Of a stretch of 64,000 nt of DNA, positions 1 through 9,929 are shown piece by piece (position 1 is the stretch's first letter; each line of letters starts with the position of its first letter). Position numbers and translations under genes: made by a program. The notes beneath the pieces are model-generated. The model was not told the DNA's origin and made no database searches. It saw only the letters and a list, made by a program, of their open reading frames with translations. The stretch comes from an uncultured archaeon (lineage in GTDB: Archaea > Hadarchaeota > Hadarchaeia > Hadarchaeales > WYZ-LMO6): NCBI GenBank assembly GCA_938074535.1, contig CALJER010000003.1:1-64000 (forward strand), in the 5' to 3' direction.

Positions 1-402
1 GCGCGGGAGGTGGAGAAGAGATGGGAGGCCTTCAGGAGGAGGGAGGGTCTTCCGCCCCTGGAGGTGCAGCTGACCCCCCTTCCTTCCTCTCCCCCCTGCC
101 GCACCTACTCCTCCCGCCTGCTCCTGGCGGGGGACGCGGGGGGACTGAACGATTCCTTCACGGGGGCTGGCATTTACGCGGCCCTCCTCACGGGTTACCT
201 GGCGGGATCGGTGGCGGCGGAGGCCGTGAGGAAGGGATGCTTCAAGGCCTCTTTCCTGAAGAAGTACGAGGAACTCTGGAGGAAGTTCATGGGAGAGGAG
301 ATAAGGAGGTCCCTTCTCCTCAGGCGCCTGCACCCCCTTCTGGTGCGGGGGGAAGTGGCCCGGTTCCTCCCGCTGGTGGGGGCCAGGAGGGTGGGAGGAT
401 GA
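1..402 (+). CDS. Geranylgeranyl reductase-family FAD oxidoreductase, C-terminal part (5'-truncated by window)
   Basis: LLLAGDAGGLNDSFTGAGIYAAL resembles the GGR GDAAG..P..GxGI motif; ends with Y...W helix. Confidence 0.8.
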   Translation, partial: AREVEKRWEAFRRREGLPPLEVQLTPLPSSPPCRTYSSRLLLAGDAGGLNDSFTGAGIYAALLTGYLAGSVAAEAVRKGCFKASFLKKYEELWRKFMGEEIRRSLLLRRLHPLLVRGEVARFLPLVGARRVGG

Positions 403-1853
403 GGGTTTTCCTGGTCTCTCCCCCCTCCCTCTCCCTTCCCTCCGCCCTCCGGCTCTCCCCCCCGCTGGGCCTGGCGTACGTGGCTTCCTATCTGGAGGCC
501 CACGGCCACGAGGTCGAAGTGCTCGATGCCGCGCTCTCCGGCCTGAACAGGAGGGAGGAGCGGGGAGGGCTGGTGAGGGTGGGCCTTACCCCCCGGGAAG
601 TCCGGAGGAGGGCGGAGGCCTGGGGGGCGGAGGCGGTGGGGGTGAGCTGCGTCTCCTCGACCCTGGCGGGGGAGGTTGAGGCCCTCGTGAGGGAGCTCGG
701 GGAGACGGGGGCGAGGGTGGTGGTGGGAGGGGTGCACGCCTCGCTGAAGCCCGAGGAGGTGGTGGCGTGGGGGGCGGACTTTGCGGTGGTGGGAGAGGGC
801 GAGGAGACGATGCGGGAGCTGGCGGAGGTGCTGGAGAGGGGAGGTTCGCCAGGCAGGGTGAGGGGGATAGCGTGGAGGAGGGGTAAAAAGATAATCAGGA
901 ACCCGCCGCGCCCCCTTATCCGGGACTTGGACTCCCTCCCCTTCCCCGCCTGGCACCTCTTTCCCCTGCAGGAGTACTCCAGGGTGAAGGGGCACGCGGC
1001 CGCCGTGAGGGGGAGGGCGGCTCCCGTGCTCACGAGCAGGGGGTGCCCCAACCGTTGCCTCTTCTGCTCCGTCCCCTTGGTTTGGGGGTGCTGGAGGGCC
1101 CGCTCCCCGGCGAACGTGGTGGAGGAGATCGAGTGGCTGGTGGAGAGATGGGGGACGGAGGAGGTGCACTTCGAGGACGACAACCTTTCCCTGGACCGGG
1201 AGAGGATGAGAGGGATCTGCAGGGAGATGGTGAGAAGGGGGGTGGAGGTGTGCTGGGCCACCCCCAACGGGATAGACGTGAGGACCCTGACCGCGGACCT
1301 CCTCGAGGAGATGAGGAGGGCCGGCTGCTACTTCCTCAGCTTCGGCCTGGAGCACGGGGATCCCCTCTTCAGGGAGAGAATGGGGAAGCTCTTTTCACCC
1401 TCTCATGTGAGGAGGGTGGTGAGGAAGGCCAGGGAGCTGGGGATCTGGACCCACGCCTTCTTCATGGTGGGCTGGCCCTGGGAGACGAGGGAGAGCCTGG
1501 AGAGAACCCTGAAGTTCGCGGAGGAGGTGGGAGTGGATTTCGCGACCTTCTCTTTCCCCGTTCCCTTCCCCGGAACTCCCCTGGAGAGGCTCTGGGAAGA
1601 ACTGGGATTGGAGAAGCCCAACTTAACCCTCTCCCCGCTTTTCTTCCCGCAGGTGGACCTGGAGAGCCTGAAAGCGGGGGAGCTGAGGAGCTGGCTGGAG
1701 AGGGCGAGCCTGAGGTTTCAGGTCCGCGTGCTCCTCCGCTGGCTCCGCTCCCCGGGTGAGCTGCTGGGGAGGCTCAGATCGGCGGAGGATCTCCGGTTCC
1801 TCTCCCGCCTGGCCGGGCACTTCGGGAAGGAAGTGATGAGGAGGTACGGATGA
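399..1853 (+). CDS. B12-binding radical SAM protein
   Basis: Starts MRVFLVSPP (ATG overlaps upstream TGA); PPLGLAYVAS, GGVHAS, GEGE, SRGCPNRCLFC, FEDDN, GLE motifs. Confidence 0.9.
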   Translation: MRVFLVSPPSLSLPSALRLSPPLGLAYVASYLEAHGHEVEVLDAALSGLNRREERGGLVRVGLTPREVRRRAEAWGAEAVGVSCVSSTLAGEVEALVRELGETGARVVVGGVHASLKPEEVVAWGADFAVVGEGEETMRELAEVLERGGSPGRVRGIAWRRGKKIIRNPPRPLIRDLDSLPFPAWHLFPLQEYSRVKGHAAAVRGRAAPVLTSRGCPNRCLFCSVPLVWGCWRARSPANVVEEIEWLVERWGTEEVHFEDDNLSLDRERMRGICREMVRRGVEVCWATPNGIDVRTLTADLLEEMRRAGCYFLSFGLEHGDPLFRERMGKLFSPSHVRRVVRKARELGIWTHAFFMVGWPWETRESLERTLKFAEEVGVDFATFSFPVPFPGTPLERLWEELGLEKPNLTLSPLFFPQVDLESLKAGELRSWLERASLRFQVRVLLRWLRSPGELLGRLRSAEDLRFLSRLAGHFGKEVMRRYG

Positions 1854-2581
1854 GCTCCGCCTTCCTCAGGCTGGTGCGGCACTGGTGGTACGGGATCAGG
1901 GATCCCAAGCGTATAAGGGGAGGGGAGTTCTCCACGGGCTTCATGCTGGCGGTAATGTTCTACCTGGGCTTCCTGTACAACACCTTCCACTACTTCCTCT
2001 ACCGCGGCTACATCCTGGAGGAGTTCCACGCCGGCTGGAAGTTCTGGCTGCACTCCCTCTACGGAGGGATCTCGGCCCTCGCCTCCTTCCTCATGGCCGC
2101 GGTGGGTGGATACCTGGGCCTCAGGCTGCTCGGGAAGAAGGTGAGCTACCGGAGGTGGGAGACCCTCCTCTTCTCCCTGAGCTTCCTGGCCGTCCTGCCC
2201 CTCCTCTTCGGGACCCTCTTCCTGCTAGCGGGCCTCACGGGACCCCTCGGGGGGGTGGCCTTCTGGTCCCTTCCCCTCTTCCCCAAGCGGGTGGCCAGCT
2301 GCGTGGTGGTCACGGTGCTCATAGCGCTCCTCCTCTTCCTCAGGCTCTTCAGGTCCCTTGGCCTGGGCTGGAGGGGATTGGCGGTGATGGCACTGGCCGT
2401 TCCCAGCTTCTACATCGCGCTGGAGGGAAGCTTTCGCATGGTGGAGAGGACCACCATCTCGCTGGGGCTGACGAGCATGGAGGCGCAGTTCCTGATGGGC
2501 ACCCTCTGGGGCCTCCTGGAGAGCGCTTTGGCCTGGGCGGTGGGGAGGAGGCTGAGGGGGTCAGCCCCCGGTGCCGGCTAG
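1850..2581 (+). CDS. Multi-pass membrane protein (possibly Yip1-like), paralog of 7187-7924 and 32182-32862
   Basis: Several hydrophobic segments; IRGGEF and LGKKVSY motifs shared with the paralogs. Confidence 0.7.
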   Translation: MSSAFLRLVRHWWYGIRDPKRIRGGEFSTGFMLAVMFYLGFLYNTFHYFLYRGYILEEFHAGWKFWLHSLYGGISALASFLMAAVGGYLGLRLLGKKVSYRRWETLLFSLSFLAVLPLLFGTLFLLAGLTGPLGGVAFWSLPLFPKRVASCVVVTVLIALLLFLRLFRSLGLGWRGLAVMALAVPSFYIALEGSFRMVERTTISLGLTSMEAQFLMGTLWGLLESALAWAVGRRLRGSAPGAG

Positions 2582-4437
2582 CAGAGGGGCTTCTGCCACT
2601 GGACGGCAAGGGCACCTAGCTCGGTCTTCTTTCCCCAGAAGGCGTCGTCCCCTACCAAGTACATGTCGACTATCATGAATTGGTCGTCCATATCCAGCCC
2701 GCAGCTTATGTTGTACAGGTACTTCACTAAGTCGGCGGCGCAGTTCATATTCAGCGTGGCCTTTATCCAATCCCCCCCAGGATTGATGTAAAGGGGGCTC
2801 CTGCTCCAGGTCACCCCCGGTATGGAGAGAAGCTCCCCCCCGTATCTCCCCCTGCCCCCTTCGCCGGTATAGGGGACCCTCAGTCCGGTATATCTGCGGA
2901 AGTAGTCCACGAGGGGATGGTGGTTCTCGGTCAAATCGTAGACCAGGCCCCAGGCCTTGAACCTCTCCACCAGCTGGTGCTCGTCCACCCACCAGTACTG
3001 CCCCTCGCACCTGGTGGGATAGGGGAGGCGGGGCCAGCCGTAGTTCCAGATGAGGTGCTCCCACATGTCCACGGTCTGATAGGTCATGGGCTGGAGTTGG
3101 TTGCTCCAGAACGATGGATCAATCGATATTTTGTAGAAACCCCTGAACCTGGCATCAGTTCCCGTGTTGTTGAAGTACCGGGACGCCCAGGAGGCCTGGG
3201 GCTGGGTCCCCTCATCCCCTCGGCTCGGATAGTTCTCGAGCCACATGTACATCTTGGCCGAGAGGTTTTCCACCCTGGTGGTTCCCAGGTTGTAGATGCG
3301 CAGCGCCAGGCTGAAGCCCCCGTTTATCGACATGGTCTCCACCCAGGGGGTCAGGAAGGGTAGGTACAGGTCCCTGCTGAGGTCCTGGACGAAGCCACCG
3401 GGGATGGCCGTGATGATGCTCATCCTGGCGATCCTCGACGCGTTGGAGTTATCCCTCTCGTTGTCCAGGCAGTACTTGCTGGCCGCCCTCAGGTTCTCCA
3501 CCATGCTCACGTTCTCCAGGATGGCGCGGGAGTGGGCGGCGGCAGCGTTCATCTGAGTCAAGGTCACGGCTTGCAGGAGGGTGGGGTCGTCGGCGTGCAG
3601 GTCCTGGTATATGATGGTTTCTATGAGCTCCAGCGCGTTGATCAGGTGGGGAAGGCACCCCTCGTAGATGACGATGAGGGTCTTGCACAGGTTCTCGGGG
3701 ACCAGGTCCGGCATGTACCGGTGCAGCTCCCAGAGGTTGTTCTCCAGGTACTTGCTGCGGGCCAGGTAGTTTTCGTGCAGGTCCCTGGCTAGGGCCTGGA
3801 GCTCGTAGGCCAGCCTGCGGGCCTCGGAGAAATTCTTGTCCTTCATGGCCTGCACCGTGGCATCCTGCCTGCCCAGCATCCTGGCGGCCCTGAGCTGGAT
3901 GGCCGTGTCCACGTAGGCCCTCCCCGGGGCGGGTTCCACCACCGTGGCCTCCGCCAGCTTGTACCCCATGGGGGTGTAGATCAGCTCCACCTTGTCCCCC
4001 ACCTTCAGGTTCTCCCCTCTGAAGGAGAGGGCCAGGGCCTCACCGGGGCCAGGGAGGTCGTTCATACCCTTCTTCACGGGTCCGGTGATCAGGGCCAGGT
4101 CGATCTCGTTCTCCACCCTCACCCCGTTCACCCTCAGCTCTATGTTCTGCCACCTGATGTTCTCCAGCAGGGTTCCCAGCGGGGTCTCCTCCAGGATGTC
4201 CGCCCTGTACGCCCTGCTTATTCCCTCCCCGCTGGCGTGGACGATGGCTATCCCCCCGTATCCCGGGTAGTTGGTCCAGAGCTGCACCACCGTCTGGGGC
4301 GGGGTGGAGGGTGCCCCCAGTTTCCCCAGACTCTCCACCAGGAGCCCCCCCGACAGCATGGTGGTCACGATGAGGAGGACGGTGGCCACGAGGGGGGAGA
4401 CGCTTTTGCGGTCCAGCTGCTCACCCCGAGCGGGCAT
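2578..4437 (-). CDS. Large type IV pilin-like protein (class III signal peptide)
   Basis: RKS/VSPLVATVLLIV N-terminus; WQNIELRVNG motif; long C-terminal extension. Confidence 0.75.
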   Translation of the reverse strand: MPARGEQLDRKSVSPLVATVLLIVTTMLSGGLLVESLGKLGAPSTPPQTVVQLWTNYPGYGGIAIVHASGEGISRAYRADILEETPLGTLLENIRWQNIELRVNGVRVENEIDLALITGPVKKGMNDLPGPGEALALSFRGENLKVGDKVELIYTPMGYKLAEATVVEPAPGRAYVDTAIQLRAARMLGRQDATVQAMKDKNFSEARRLAYELQALARDLHENYLARSKYLENNLWELHRYMPDLVPENLCKTLIVIYEGCLPHLINALELIETIIYQDLHADDPTLLQAVTLTQMNAAAAHSRAILENVSMVENLRAASKYCLDNERDNSNASRIARMSIITAIPGGFVQDLSRDLYLPFLTPWVETMSINGGFSLALRIYNLGTTRVENLSAKMYMWLENYPSRGDEGTQPQASWASRYFNNTGTDARFRGFYKISIDPSFWSNQLQPMTYQTVDMWEHLIWNYGWPRLPYPTRCEGQYWWVDEHQLVERFKAWGLVYDLTENHHPLVDYFRRYTGLRVPYTGEGGRGRYGGELLSIPGVTWSRSPLYINPGGDWIKATLNMNCAADLVKYLYNISCGLDMDDQFMIVDMYLVGDDAFWGKKTELGALAVQWQKPLC

Positions 4438-4440
4438 GCC

Positions 4441-6363
4441 TCAGCACCCTCCCCCACCTCCCCCACCCCCCCCGCTTCCCCCAGGTGGAGGCCTTCCTGG
4501 GGCCCAGTGGACGTTCCAGAAGTACTGTACCTCCCACCGTCCGGTCTTGGGGTGCTGGTAGAGGAAGTAGTAGTCCTCCAGCCATATTTTATTGTCCGCC
4601 GCCGTGGGGGGGGTGATCCTTATGTTGTCCACCCAGTAGCTGCCGGGGGCGAGGTTTCGGTTTTCGGGGGCCCTGTGCTCCGGGCGGTTCTCCAGCCGCA
4701 TGTAGAGCACCACATTGCCGTTGTCGGGGGAGTATGGGACCTGCAGACCGAAGAAGACGAGCTCCGGGCTCAGGTTCTCCAGGTAAGTTTTCCCCTGCAG
4801 CCCCGGCCTGGTCGCCCACCAGTTCCCCAGCCGCAGCCTGGCGGTGTACCGGTAGGTGTTGTGGTAGCCGTTGTCGAAGACCCTCGTGCCCCAGGCGCCC
4901 ACAAGCCGGTTCTCCATGGGGACCAGCCAGTTCTCGGGTGCCACGTAGAGCAGGTTTTCCTGGGTTCCCGTATATCCCAGCTCCTTGGCCCTCCTGAAGT
5001 ACTTGGAGACCCACCACTTGTTGTCCGTGCTGTACCAGAGGGTGGCGTACCTGGTGAAGCTGTTGGCGTTCTCCCCGCCAACATTGTACACATGGATTAC
5101 GAACTCGAAGGTCGTGTTGTTCACCCAGGTGAAGCTCTTCAGGACGGGAACGATGGCGGGGCGGTAGAAGTCCTCGTAGATATCGTCCATCTCCGGCGAG
5201 ACCCCGAAGTAGGTTATGGCTTCCACGGGCACTCCCGGGTAGGGTGGCTGGCTCAGTATGTTCTCTACCTGCCTTATGATGGGGAGCAGATACTTCTTGG
5301 TAATGTTCTCGGCCACATTTTCAATCGTCCCCTTCCGGCTGTTGTTATTCTGCCAGGTGCTCACGTAGGAGGGGTCCCAGGCCCTGATGAGCGAGTGTTC
5401 CATGGTGTAAATGTTTTCCAGCCCATTCACGAGCAAGTAGAGGAGCCTGTTGTCTGGGGGTACCCCCCTCCTCGCCTGATCCCAGCTCTTGTAAGCCATG
5501 CAGAGCTTGTAGTACTCCCGTTCACCCACCATCTCCAGGTAGTAGTCCAGCTCCCTCAGGTCGTTCTCCAGGTACCCGCCCGTGGCCTTGCAGGAGTTCA
5601 GGAGGAGCTGAACCTGCCCGGCCAGGTTCTCGATTCGGGGGACGTAGCTCCTGGCCTTGTCGAAGTTCTCCCTGTACCACCTGTAGTTCTCGTTGTACCT
5701 GACTTCTACTGTGGGGGAGAGGGCACTCACCATTTCCTTCTCCAGCGTGAGCAATTGCAGCCCCCTGAAGGAGATGCAGGAGTCCACCAGGTTCTGCCCC
5801 AGCCAGGCGCTCCCTATCTCGGTGCACTCCAGCGGAGGGGCCATGGTTCTATTGGCCAGGACCCACCCGCTCGGCTTGTGCACCACCGCCACCTCATCCC
5901 CGTTCTTCAGGAAACCCTGGCGGTAGGAAAAGGCGACCAGTCCCCCCCCGGACGGGAAGGGGAGCAGGGAGTTCTTCACCTTGGCGCTGGAGGGGAGGGG
6001 GGAGGCGTAGAGGACGTACTCCAGCTCGTTCTCCACCGCCCGCCCGTTTACCTTTACCTCCAGATTCTTCCACCTCACGTTCTCGAACAGGCTCCCCATG
6101 TCCGTGTCCATCAGGAAGTCGGCGTAGAAGGCCTCTTCCACCTCGTCCCCCGTGACGTTGACCACCCCGACGGCCCCCCTCCCTGGGAAGTTCCTCCAGA
6201 GCTGGAAGAGAACTTCCGGGGCTTGGCTCGGGGTTCCCCTCAGGTTGGGCCCCCCCACCGTACCAGCGATGAAGGAAACTCCTACTCCTAGCAGGAAGAC
6301 CATGGATACGAGCAGGATTGTTCCCAGAAGGGGGGAAACCCCCTTTTTCTTCCTCCCCATCAA
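4441..6363 (-). CDS. Large type IV pilin-like protein (class III signal peptide)
   Basis: KKG/VSPLLGTILLV; WKNLEVKVNG; paralogous to 2578-4437; poly-Gly-Cys tail. Confidence 0.75.
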   Translation of the reverse strand: MMGRKKKGVSPLLGTILLVSMVFLLGVGVSFIAGTVGGPNLRGTPSQAPEVLFQLWRNFPGRGAVGVVNVTGDEVEEAFYADFLMDTDMGSLFENVRWKNLEVKVNGRAVENELEYVLYASPLPSSAKVKNSLLPFPSGGGLVAFSYRQGFLKNGDEVAVVHKPSGWVLANRTMAPPLECTEIGSAWLGQNLVDSCISFRGLQLLTLEKEMVSALSPTVEVRYNENYRWYRENFDKARSYVPRIENLAGQVQLLLNSCKATGGYLENDLRELDYYLEMVGEREYYKLCMAYKSWDQARRGVPPDNRLLYLLVNGLENIYTMEHSLIRAWDPSYVSTWQNNNSRKGTIENVAENITKKYLLPIIRQVENILSQPPYPGVPVEAITYFGVSPEMDDIYEDFYRPAIVPVLKSFTWVNNTTFEFVIHVYNVGGENANSFTRYATLWYSTDNKWWVSKYFRRAKELGYTGTQENLLYVAPENWLVPMENRLVGAWGTRVFDNGYHNTYRYTARLRLGNWWATRPGLQGKTYLENLSPELVFFGLQVPYSPDNGNVVLYMRLENRPEHRAPENRNLAPGSYWVDNIRITPPTAADNKIWLEDYYFLYQHPKTGRWEVQYFWNVHWAPGRPPPGGSGGGGGGGGGC

Positions 6364-6404
6364 TTATAGTTTTTCTCCCCTCCTCTATTAACCTTCCTTT
6401 TGGT

Positions 6405-7190
6405 TTAGAGGAGGAGGCCCGCCGCTGCGTAGAGGGCCAGCTCCTCCGCGAAGATCTCCGGCCGCCAGGCCTCTTTCCTGAGCTTCAGGAGTTCTGTTCT
6501 TGCCCCCATTTTCCTCGCGGAGAGGAGTCTCACGCAGGAGGAGAGGACCCCCACCAGGAAGAAGGGGTCGAGCACGGAGAGGAGGGAGGAGAGGAGGAGG
6601 TGGGGGAAGGGGAGGGCCCTGAGCCATTTGACCTCCTTCACCCTTCCCACGTCGAGCAGGTGGAGAACCTCCAGGTGGAGCTGGAGGAGGAAAAGGAGGG
6701 GGAGGAGGAGGAGCACCCTCTGGGAGGGATGGGGTGAGAGGGCGAGGTGGGCCTGGAGCACCAGCAGGGGGGCGCACAGGGGCGGTATCAGGAAGCCCCC
6801 TCTCCCCTCCTTGAGTCTGAAGGGCGGGGCGGAGTAGAGGAGGGTGAGGAGGAGAAGGAGCAGAAGGAGGAGGAGGGTGGGGAGGGTGGTGAGCAGGGAA
6901 AGGGGGAGAAGCAGGAGGGGGAGGAGGGCGAGGGCCAGGGTTTTTCCTTCCCCCATCCTCTCCACCATCCTGGAGGAAAAGTTCTCCTCCCCCCTCAGCC
7001 TGAAGTCGAAGTAGTCGTTGAGGGCGTAGGCGGACATGGAGCCCCCCAGCACCGCCAGGGCGTCGGCCATCACCTCCACAGGCTTGAGGGGGGAGAGGGA
7101 GAAGCCCAGCAGGGGGTAGACCATGAACCTCAGGCAGCTGAGCTTGCTCCTCCACCCCTTCACCCTGTAGAAGAGGAGGAGTTCCATCAT
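6405..7190 (-). CDS. UbiA prenyltransferase family protein
   Basis: YALNDYFD first Asp-rich motif, YSAPPFRLK; highly hydrophobic; ATG overlaps upstream TGA. Confidence 0.8.
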   Translation of the reverse strand: MMELLLFYRVKGWRSKLSCLRFMVYPLLGFSLSPLKPVEVMADALAVLGGSMSAYALNDYFDFRLRGEENFSSRMVERMGEGKTLALALLPLLLLPLSLLTTLPTLLLLLLLLLLTLLYSAPPFRLKEGRGGFLIPPLCAPLLVLQAHLALSPHPSQRVLLLLPLLFLLQLHLEVLHLLDVGRVKEVKWLRALPFPHLLLSSLLSVLDPFFLVGVLSSCVRLLSARKMGARTELLKLRKEAWRPEIFAEELALYAAAGLLL

Positions 7191-7924
7191 CCTCCCCACA
7201 CTCTCCTGAGCACGGGCAGGACCTTCCCCCTCCTCCTCCCCGCCGCCCAGAAGAGGAGGGACATCAGGGAAAAGTACACCGTCCAGAGGGCGTACCTGAG
7301 GGGCCTGGAGGTGTGGAAGGCCCTGCGGGTCAGGAAGAGGAAGGCCCCCTTCCCCCCGAAGTACAGGAGGGGGAGCAGGAGGAGGGAGAGGAGGAGGGAG
7401 GAGGGGCGCCCGAAGCCGAAGGACCTGAGGATCCTGAAGGCCAACACCGTCCCCAGGATCCCGGCGAGCAGCACCCCGGCGGGCACTCCCACCCAGCCCC
7501 GGTAGAACTCCAGGTAAATCCAGCCCTTCAGGTTCAGGGCGTGGAGGAGGAAGGCGGGAGGGAGGGGGAGGAGGTAGAGGAACATGCATGAGAAGACCGC
7601 ATGCTGGACCCGGTCGTAGGAGACCCTCTTCCCGAGCAGGTTAACCCCGTAGTATCCCAGCACGCTGGCGTAGTAGAAGAGGGTCACCGCCCCCATCCCT
7701 CCGGAGAGGTGGTGGAGCCACAGCTGAAGGTCCGGCTCATAGACTACCGCGCCGTCGTGGTAGGCGCAGCCGGGGTAGATGAAGTAGTGGAGGGCGTTGT
7801 AGGCAAAGCCGAGGAAGAAGGAAAAGAGCACCATGAAGCCCTCCGTGAACTCTCCCCCCCTGATCCGCCCGGGGTGGAGGAGGGCCCTCCGCCAGGAGCG
7901 CAGGACGGCTCGCAGGACGCTCAC
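7187..7924 (-). CDS. Multi-pass membrane protein, paralog of 1850-2581
   Basis: IRGGEFTEGFM...YNALHYF...LGKRVSYDR; GTG start overlapping upstream TGA (start inferred). Confidence 0.7.
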   Translation of the reverse strand: MSVLRAVLRSWRRALLHPGRIRGGEFTEGFMVLFSFFLGFAYNALHYFIYPGCAYHDGAVVYEPDLQLWLHHLSGGMGAVTLFYYASVLGYYGVNLLGKRVSYDRVQHAVFSCMFLYLLPLPPAFLLHALNLKGWIYLEFYRGWVGVPAGVLLAGILGTVLAFRILRSFGFGRPSSLLLSLLLLPLLYFGGKGAFLFLTRRAFHTSRPLRYALWTVYFSLMSLLFWAAGRRRGKVLPVLRRVWGG

Positions 7925-8754
7925 AGGTAAACCCACCATCCCGCGAAGAGGAGCTGGGAGGCCAGGGCCCAGAGCCTCACCAGCCAGAAGGGATCCCTGC
8001 GCAGCAGGCCTTCGGAGAAGAAGAGGGTGGGCAGGAGGAAGGTGGCGGTGCAGACCAGGTAGCTCAGGAACCACTCCGGTCCCCTGGGGTTGAGGAGGAG
8101 GAAGAGCAGCACGGTGAGGGAGACCCCCGAGAGGGAGAAGACCAGGGTCTTCCTCACCCCCAGCCTGGCGGGGAGGGTGGGCTTCCCGCTCCTCCTGTCC
8201 CCCCTCCTGTCCTTCAGGTCCTTCAGGGGGGAGAGGAAGAGGGAGAGGAGGGTGAAGAGGAGGGCCACCCCCACCGCCCCACCGGTCAGGGGGGAGAGGG
8301 AGAGGTGGCCGGCGAGGAAGGGGAGGAACACGTATCCCAGCGAGGAGGTGGGGTAGGAGGTATACCACCTACCCAGGGGGAAGGGGGGAAGGGAGTAGAG
8401 CAGGCCGAGCAGGACCCCAAGCAGGCTCAGGAGGAGGACGGACGGTCCCAGGAGGAGGGAGAGGGCGGAGAGGGAAAAGAGGAGGGCGGAGAGGAGGAGG
8501 AGCCTTCCGCCCCCCACCCTCCCGCGGGGGAAGGGCCTCTCTGGGTGGCTCATCCTGTCCAGCTCCAGGTCGAAATACATGTTGAGGGCCTGTGCTCCCC
8601 CCGAGATCCCCGTTCCCACCGCGCAGAGGAGGAGGAACTCGGGGAGGGGCACGGCCAGGCTGTTCCCCCCCAGGACCATCCCCAGGTAGAGGGAACCCAC
8701 CACCGCCAGGGAGCTGCCAGGCTTCACGCACCCGAGGTAATCCCGCGCAGACAC
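7921..8754 (-). CDS. UbiA prenyltransferase family protein (DGGGP synthase-like)
   Basis: NMYFDLELDRMSHPERPFPRG and KDLKDRRGDRRSGKPTLP Asp-rich motifs. Confidence 0.88.
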   Translation of the reverse strand: MSARDYLGCVKPGSSLAVVGSLYLGMVLGGNSLAVPLPEFLLLCAVGTGISGGAQALNMYFDLELDRMSHPERPFPRGRVGGGRLLLLSALLFSLSALSLLLGPSVLLLSLLGVLLGLLYSLPPFPLGRWYTSYPTSSLGYVFLPFLAGHLSLSPLTGGAVGVALLFTLLSLFLSPLKDLKDRRGDRRSGKPTLPARLGVRKTLVFSLSGVSLTVLLFLLLNPRGPEWFLSYLVCTATFLLPTLFFSEGLLRRDPFWLVRLWALASQLLFAGWWVYL

Positions 8755-8840
8755 ATCTTACTGGGGGTTGCGGGCATTTAGAGTATTGTTGCCGCGTCCC
8801 TGGTTCTAGCTTTTATCCCCTTCGGAGAAAAAGGGATTGA

Positions 8841-9347
8841 ATGCCCCCGGAGCGGGGGGTTTCCCCCCTCGTGGCCACCATCCTGCTTCTCACCCTAGCC
8901 ATAGCCTTCGGCATCACCATCCTGGCCGGGTACCTGGCGGCCCTGGCCCCCGGCGCCCCGCCCAAGAGGGTCTCCCTCTCCCTCTCCTACGAGAACTCCC
9001 CTCCCAGGCTCACCCTGAAGCACCGGTGGGGGGACTACCTCTTCGGGGCCTTCCAGACGAGGCAGGAGGCCAGGGTGGATGCCAGGACGGCCAGGGGGCG
9101 ACTGGAGAACTGGAAGGCGCTGGAGGTGAGGGTGGACGGGGTGAGGCTGGGCAAGGACAGGGTGGAGAACGTGGTGCTGGTGCAGGAGAACCTCTACTAC
9201 CAGCCCCTGGCCTCCGTCGTCGTGAACCTGGGACCGGGGGACGAGGTCAGGCTGGAGGGCTGGAAGGTCCCGCTCATGGTGGGAGAAGTGGTGACGGTGG
9301 TGTACCTCCCCACCGGGCAGACGCTGGTGGAGCTGGTGGTGGTGTGA
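8841..9347 (+). CDS. Type IV pilin-like protein
   Basis: ERG/VSPLVATILLL class III signal; WKALEVRVDG. Confidence 0.8.
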   Translation: MPPERGVSPLVATILLLTLAIAFGITILAGYLAALAPGAPPKRVSLSLSYENSPPRLTLKHRWGDYLFGAFQTRQEARVDARTARGRLENWKALEVRVDGVRLGKDRVENVVLVQENLYYQPLASVVVNLGPGDEVRLEGWKVPLMVGEVVTVVYLPTGQTLVELVVV

Positions 9348-9766
9348 GGGGGGTCTCCACCCTCATCGGGACCGTCTTCCTCCTTGGTCTTACCCTTCTC
9401 GTTTTCGGGGTCTACGTCTTGGGCGTGGTGGGAAGGGGGGGCGCTGCGCCCGTTCGGCCCCTCCAGGCGGCGGTGAGGGTGGAGAGCGAGGAAGGGATGC
9501 TGGTGGTGAGGCACGTGGTGGGGGAAACCGTGCCGAAGGCCTTCAAGCTGTACAACGGGGCGGTCACCTGGCTGAACCTGGTGGTGAAGCTGAACGGGGA
9601 GAACCTGAGCGTGACCGGGGGGGCAAGGGTGGGTGCCCTCACCACGGGGATGGTGGACTTCGGCCCGGGGAGCAGGCTGGAGCTTCCGGTGAGCGTGGGG
9701 AGGGGAAGCACCGTCACGGTGGTTTACGTCCCCGCGGGACAGATCCTCGGCGAGAAGGAGTTCTGA
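9344..9766 (+). CDS. Type IV pilin-like protein
   Basis: GTG start; RG/VSTLIGTVFLL; WLNLVVKLNG; VVYVPAGQIL C-terminus shared with the family. Confidence 0.75.
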   Translation: MRGVSTLIGTVFLLGLTLLVFGVYVLGVVGRGGAAPVRPLQAAVRVESEEGMLVVRHVVGETVPKAFKLYNGAVTWLNLVVKLNGENLSVTGGARVGALTTGMVDFGPGSRLELPVSVGRGSTVTVVYVPAGQILGEKEF

Positions 9767-9929
9767 TTCTTCGGGCGGGGATGGACCGGAGCTGGCGAAG
9801 GGGCTGGGAGAAGGAGTTTGGGATCATCTCCCCTGCCCTTCCATCCGCGGAGGACGGCGGCCCCCCAGCCGCCGTTTGTGTGCTGGGGCTGACTGGGAGA
9901 AGTAAAAAAGGAAAAAATGTGGAGGCAGC

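Noticed and set aside
4237-6291. Long antisense ORFs (also 40785-42074, 46017-47933, 48925-51315, 55952-58006)
   Set aside because: Opposite-strand or off-frame shadows of well-supported genes in high-GC DNA
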